Shown: positions 58,224 to 58,918 of the stretch, piece by piece
How the letters are laid out: the number at the start of each line of letters is the position of its first letter
Position numbering within the stretch: the first letter of the stretch is position 1
NCBI GenBank assembly: GCA_012516755.1
Contig: JAAYWE010000162.1
Location: forward strand, 1 to 58,918
Reading direction: 5' to 3'
DNA length: 58,918 nucleotides
DNA from: Treponema sp.
GTDB lineage: Bacteria > Spirochaetota > Spirochaetia > Treponematales > Rectinemataceae
Made by a program: the position numbers and the translations under genes
Notes under the pieces: model-generated
What the model was told of the DNA's origin: nothing
The model's database searches: none
The model's input: the letters and a program-made list of their open reading frames with translations, nothing else

Positions 58224-58918
58224 ATGATCAAGACTTCGGATGAAAAAAAACAGCGCCGGATGCTTTCAGGAATGCGTTTTAGGCTGCCACTGTACATTGC
58301 CATCCGATGGTCGATAACGGGGAAAAAATCCGCCCACAGCTCAGGATTGAAATTTGCTTCTCTGGGGATTGCTGTTGGAGTTATTGCATTAATAGTGGTA
58401 TTGAGCGTTATGAATGGTCTCCAACTGCAATACATAGAATCACTTCTTGAGACAACGAGCTTTCATATTAGAGCAAGAATTGAAGAAAGCAATCTCGATA
58501 TATTCACAGACACCCTGCGAAAAAATCGACTGGTAAAATCGGTGACTCCCTTTATAGAGACGAATCTCCTCGTACAAAGCTCGGAGGATCGACAGAACGT
58601 GCTTCGGGTGATGTGGATCGATCCTGAGGATTTAGCTCTAGATTCCGGTTATTGCAAAGCCTTGAATATTCTTCCTTCGGCTGCGGCCAAGAGCCTGGAG
58701 GAGGGAATAATACTGGGTTCCGAAGCAGCACAAATCTTAGGAGTCTCTGAAGGATCTATACTCACTCTAAGAGGAGCCTTTGTAGACCCCGAAGAGGGGA
58801 TTCAAGGGTATTCCGAAAGAGTCAAAGTCTCGAGCCTTTTCCGCTCGGGGTACTACGAACTCGATGCTGCTTTCGCTATTATGCCCAGACTAAAAGCTAA
58901 GGACCTGGCAGGCTTTCC
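58224..58918 (+). CDS. LolC/E (FtsX-like) lipoprotein-releasing ABC permease, truncated by the window end
   Basis: Manual translation contains GIAVGVIALIVVLSVMNGLQ and later FRSGYYELD; no stop seen before the window end. Confidence 0.85.
   Translation, partial: MIKTSDEKKQRRMLSGMRFRLPLYIAIRWSITGKKSAHSSGLKFASLGIAVGVIALIVVLSVMNGLQLQYIESLLETTSFHIRARIEESNLDIFTDTLRKNRLVKSVTPFIETNLLVQSSEDRQNVLRVMWIDPEDLALDSGYCKALNILPSAAAKSLEEGIILGSEAAQILGVSEGSILTLRGAFVDPEEGIQGYSERVKVSSLFRSGYYELDAAFAIMPRLKAKDLAGF

Noticed and set aside
1-58918. CRISPR arrays, IS elements, prophage, defence or toxin-antitoxin systems
   Set aside because: No spaced direct repeats, transposase, integrase or recognisable defence genes were seen; nearly all sequence is accounted for by housekeeping genes

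Overview
A chromosomal core-genome window from a spirochaete, most likely Treponema/Rectinema-like. The taxonomy is inferred from acpP, the alpha2-type glyQS, the TPR-fused small alarmone synthetase and the gene order; it was not verified by search. The window holds about 54 CDSs, including nrdJ, lepA, uvrB, thiBPQ, tig-clpP-clpX, coaD-rpmF-acpP-rnc, gltX-glnS-glyQS, tyrS, hflKC, murC, a frameshifted prfB and ftsY. It also holds six tRNAs (none with an encoded CCA), a TPP riboswitch, NrdR boxes and several intrinsic terminators. A 56-aa ferredoxin and the true prfB N-terminus are missing from the ORF track. I found no mobile element, CRISPR array, prophage or defence system, and no clearly new multi-gene system. 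The best leads are: (1) a recurring sigma70 promoter geometry that puts the start site on the start codon, implying leaderless mRNAs for lepA, pduO, the SAS-TPR gene, rluA and coaD; (2) a COG2403 P-loop enzyme that may be an arginine synthetase (ArcE-like), with an ARG-box-like site upstream; (3) a minimal TPP riboswitch directly behind clpX whose aptamer contains the thiB Shine-Dalgarno (SD) sequence; and (4) an orphan AmmeMemoRadiSam enzyme coupled to an unknown protein. All product calls come from motif recognition, not database searches.
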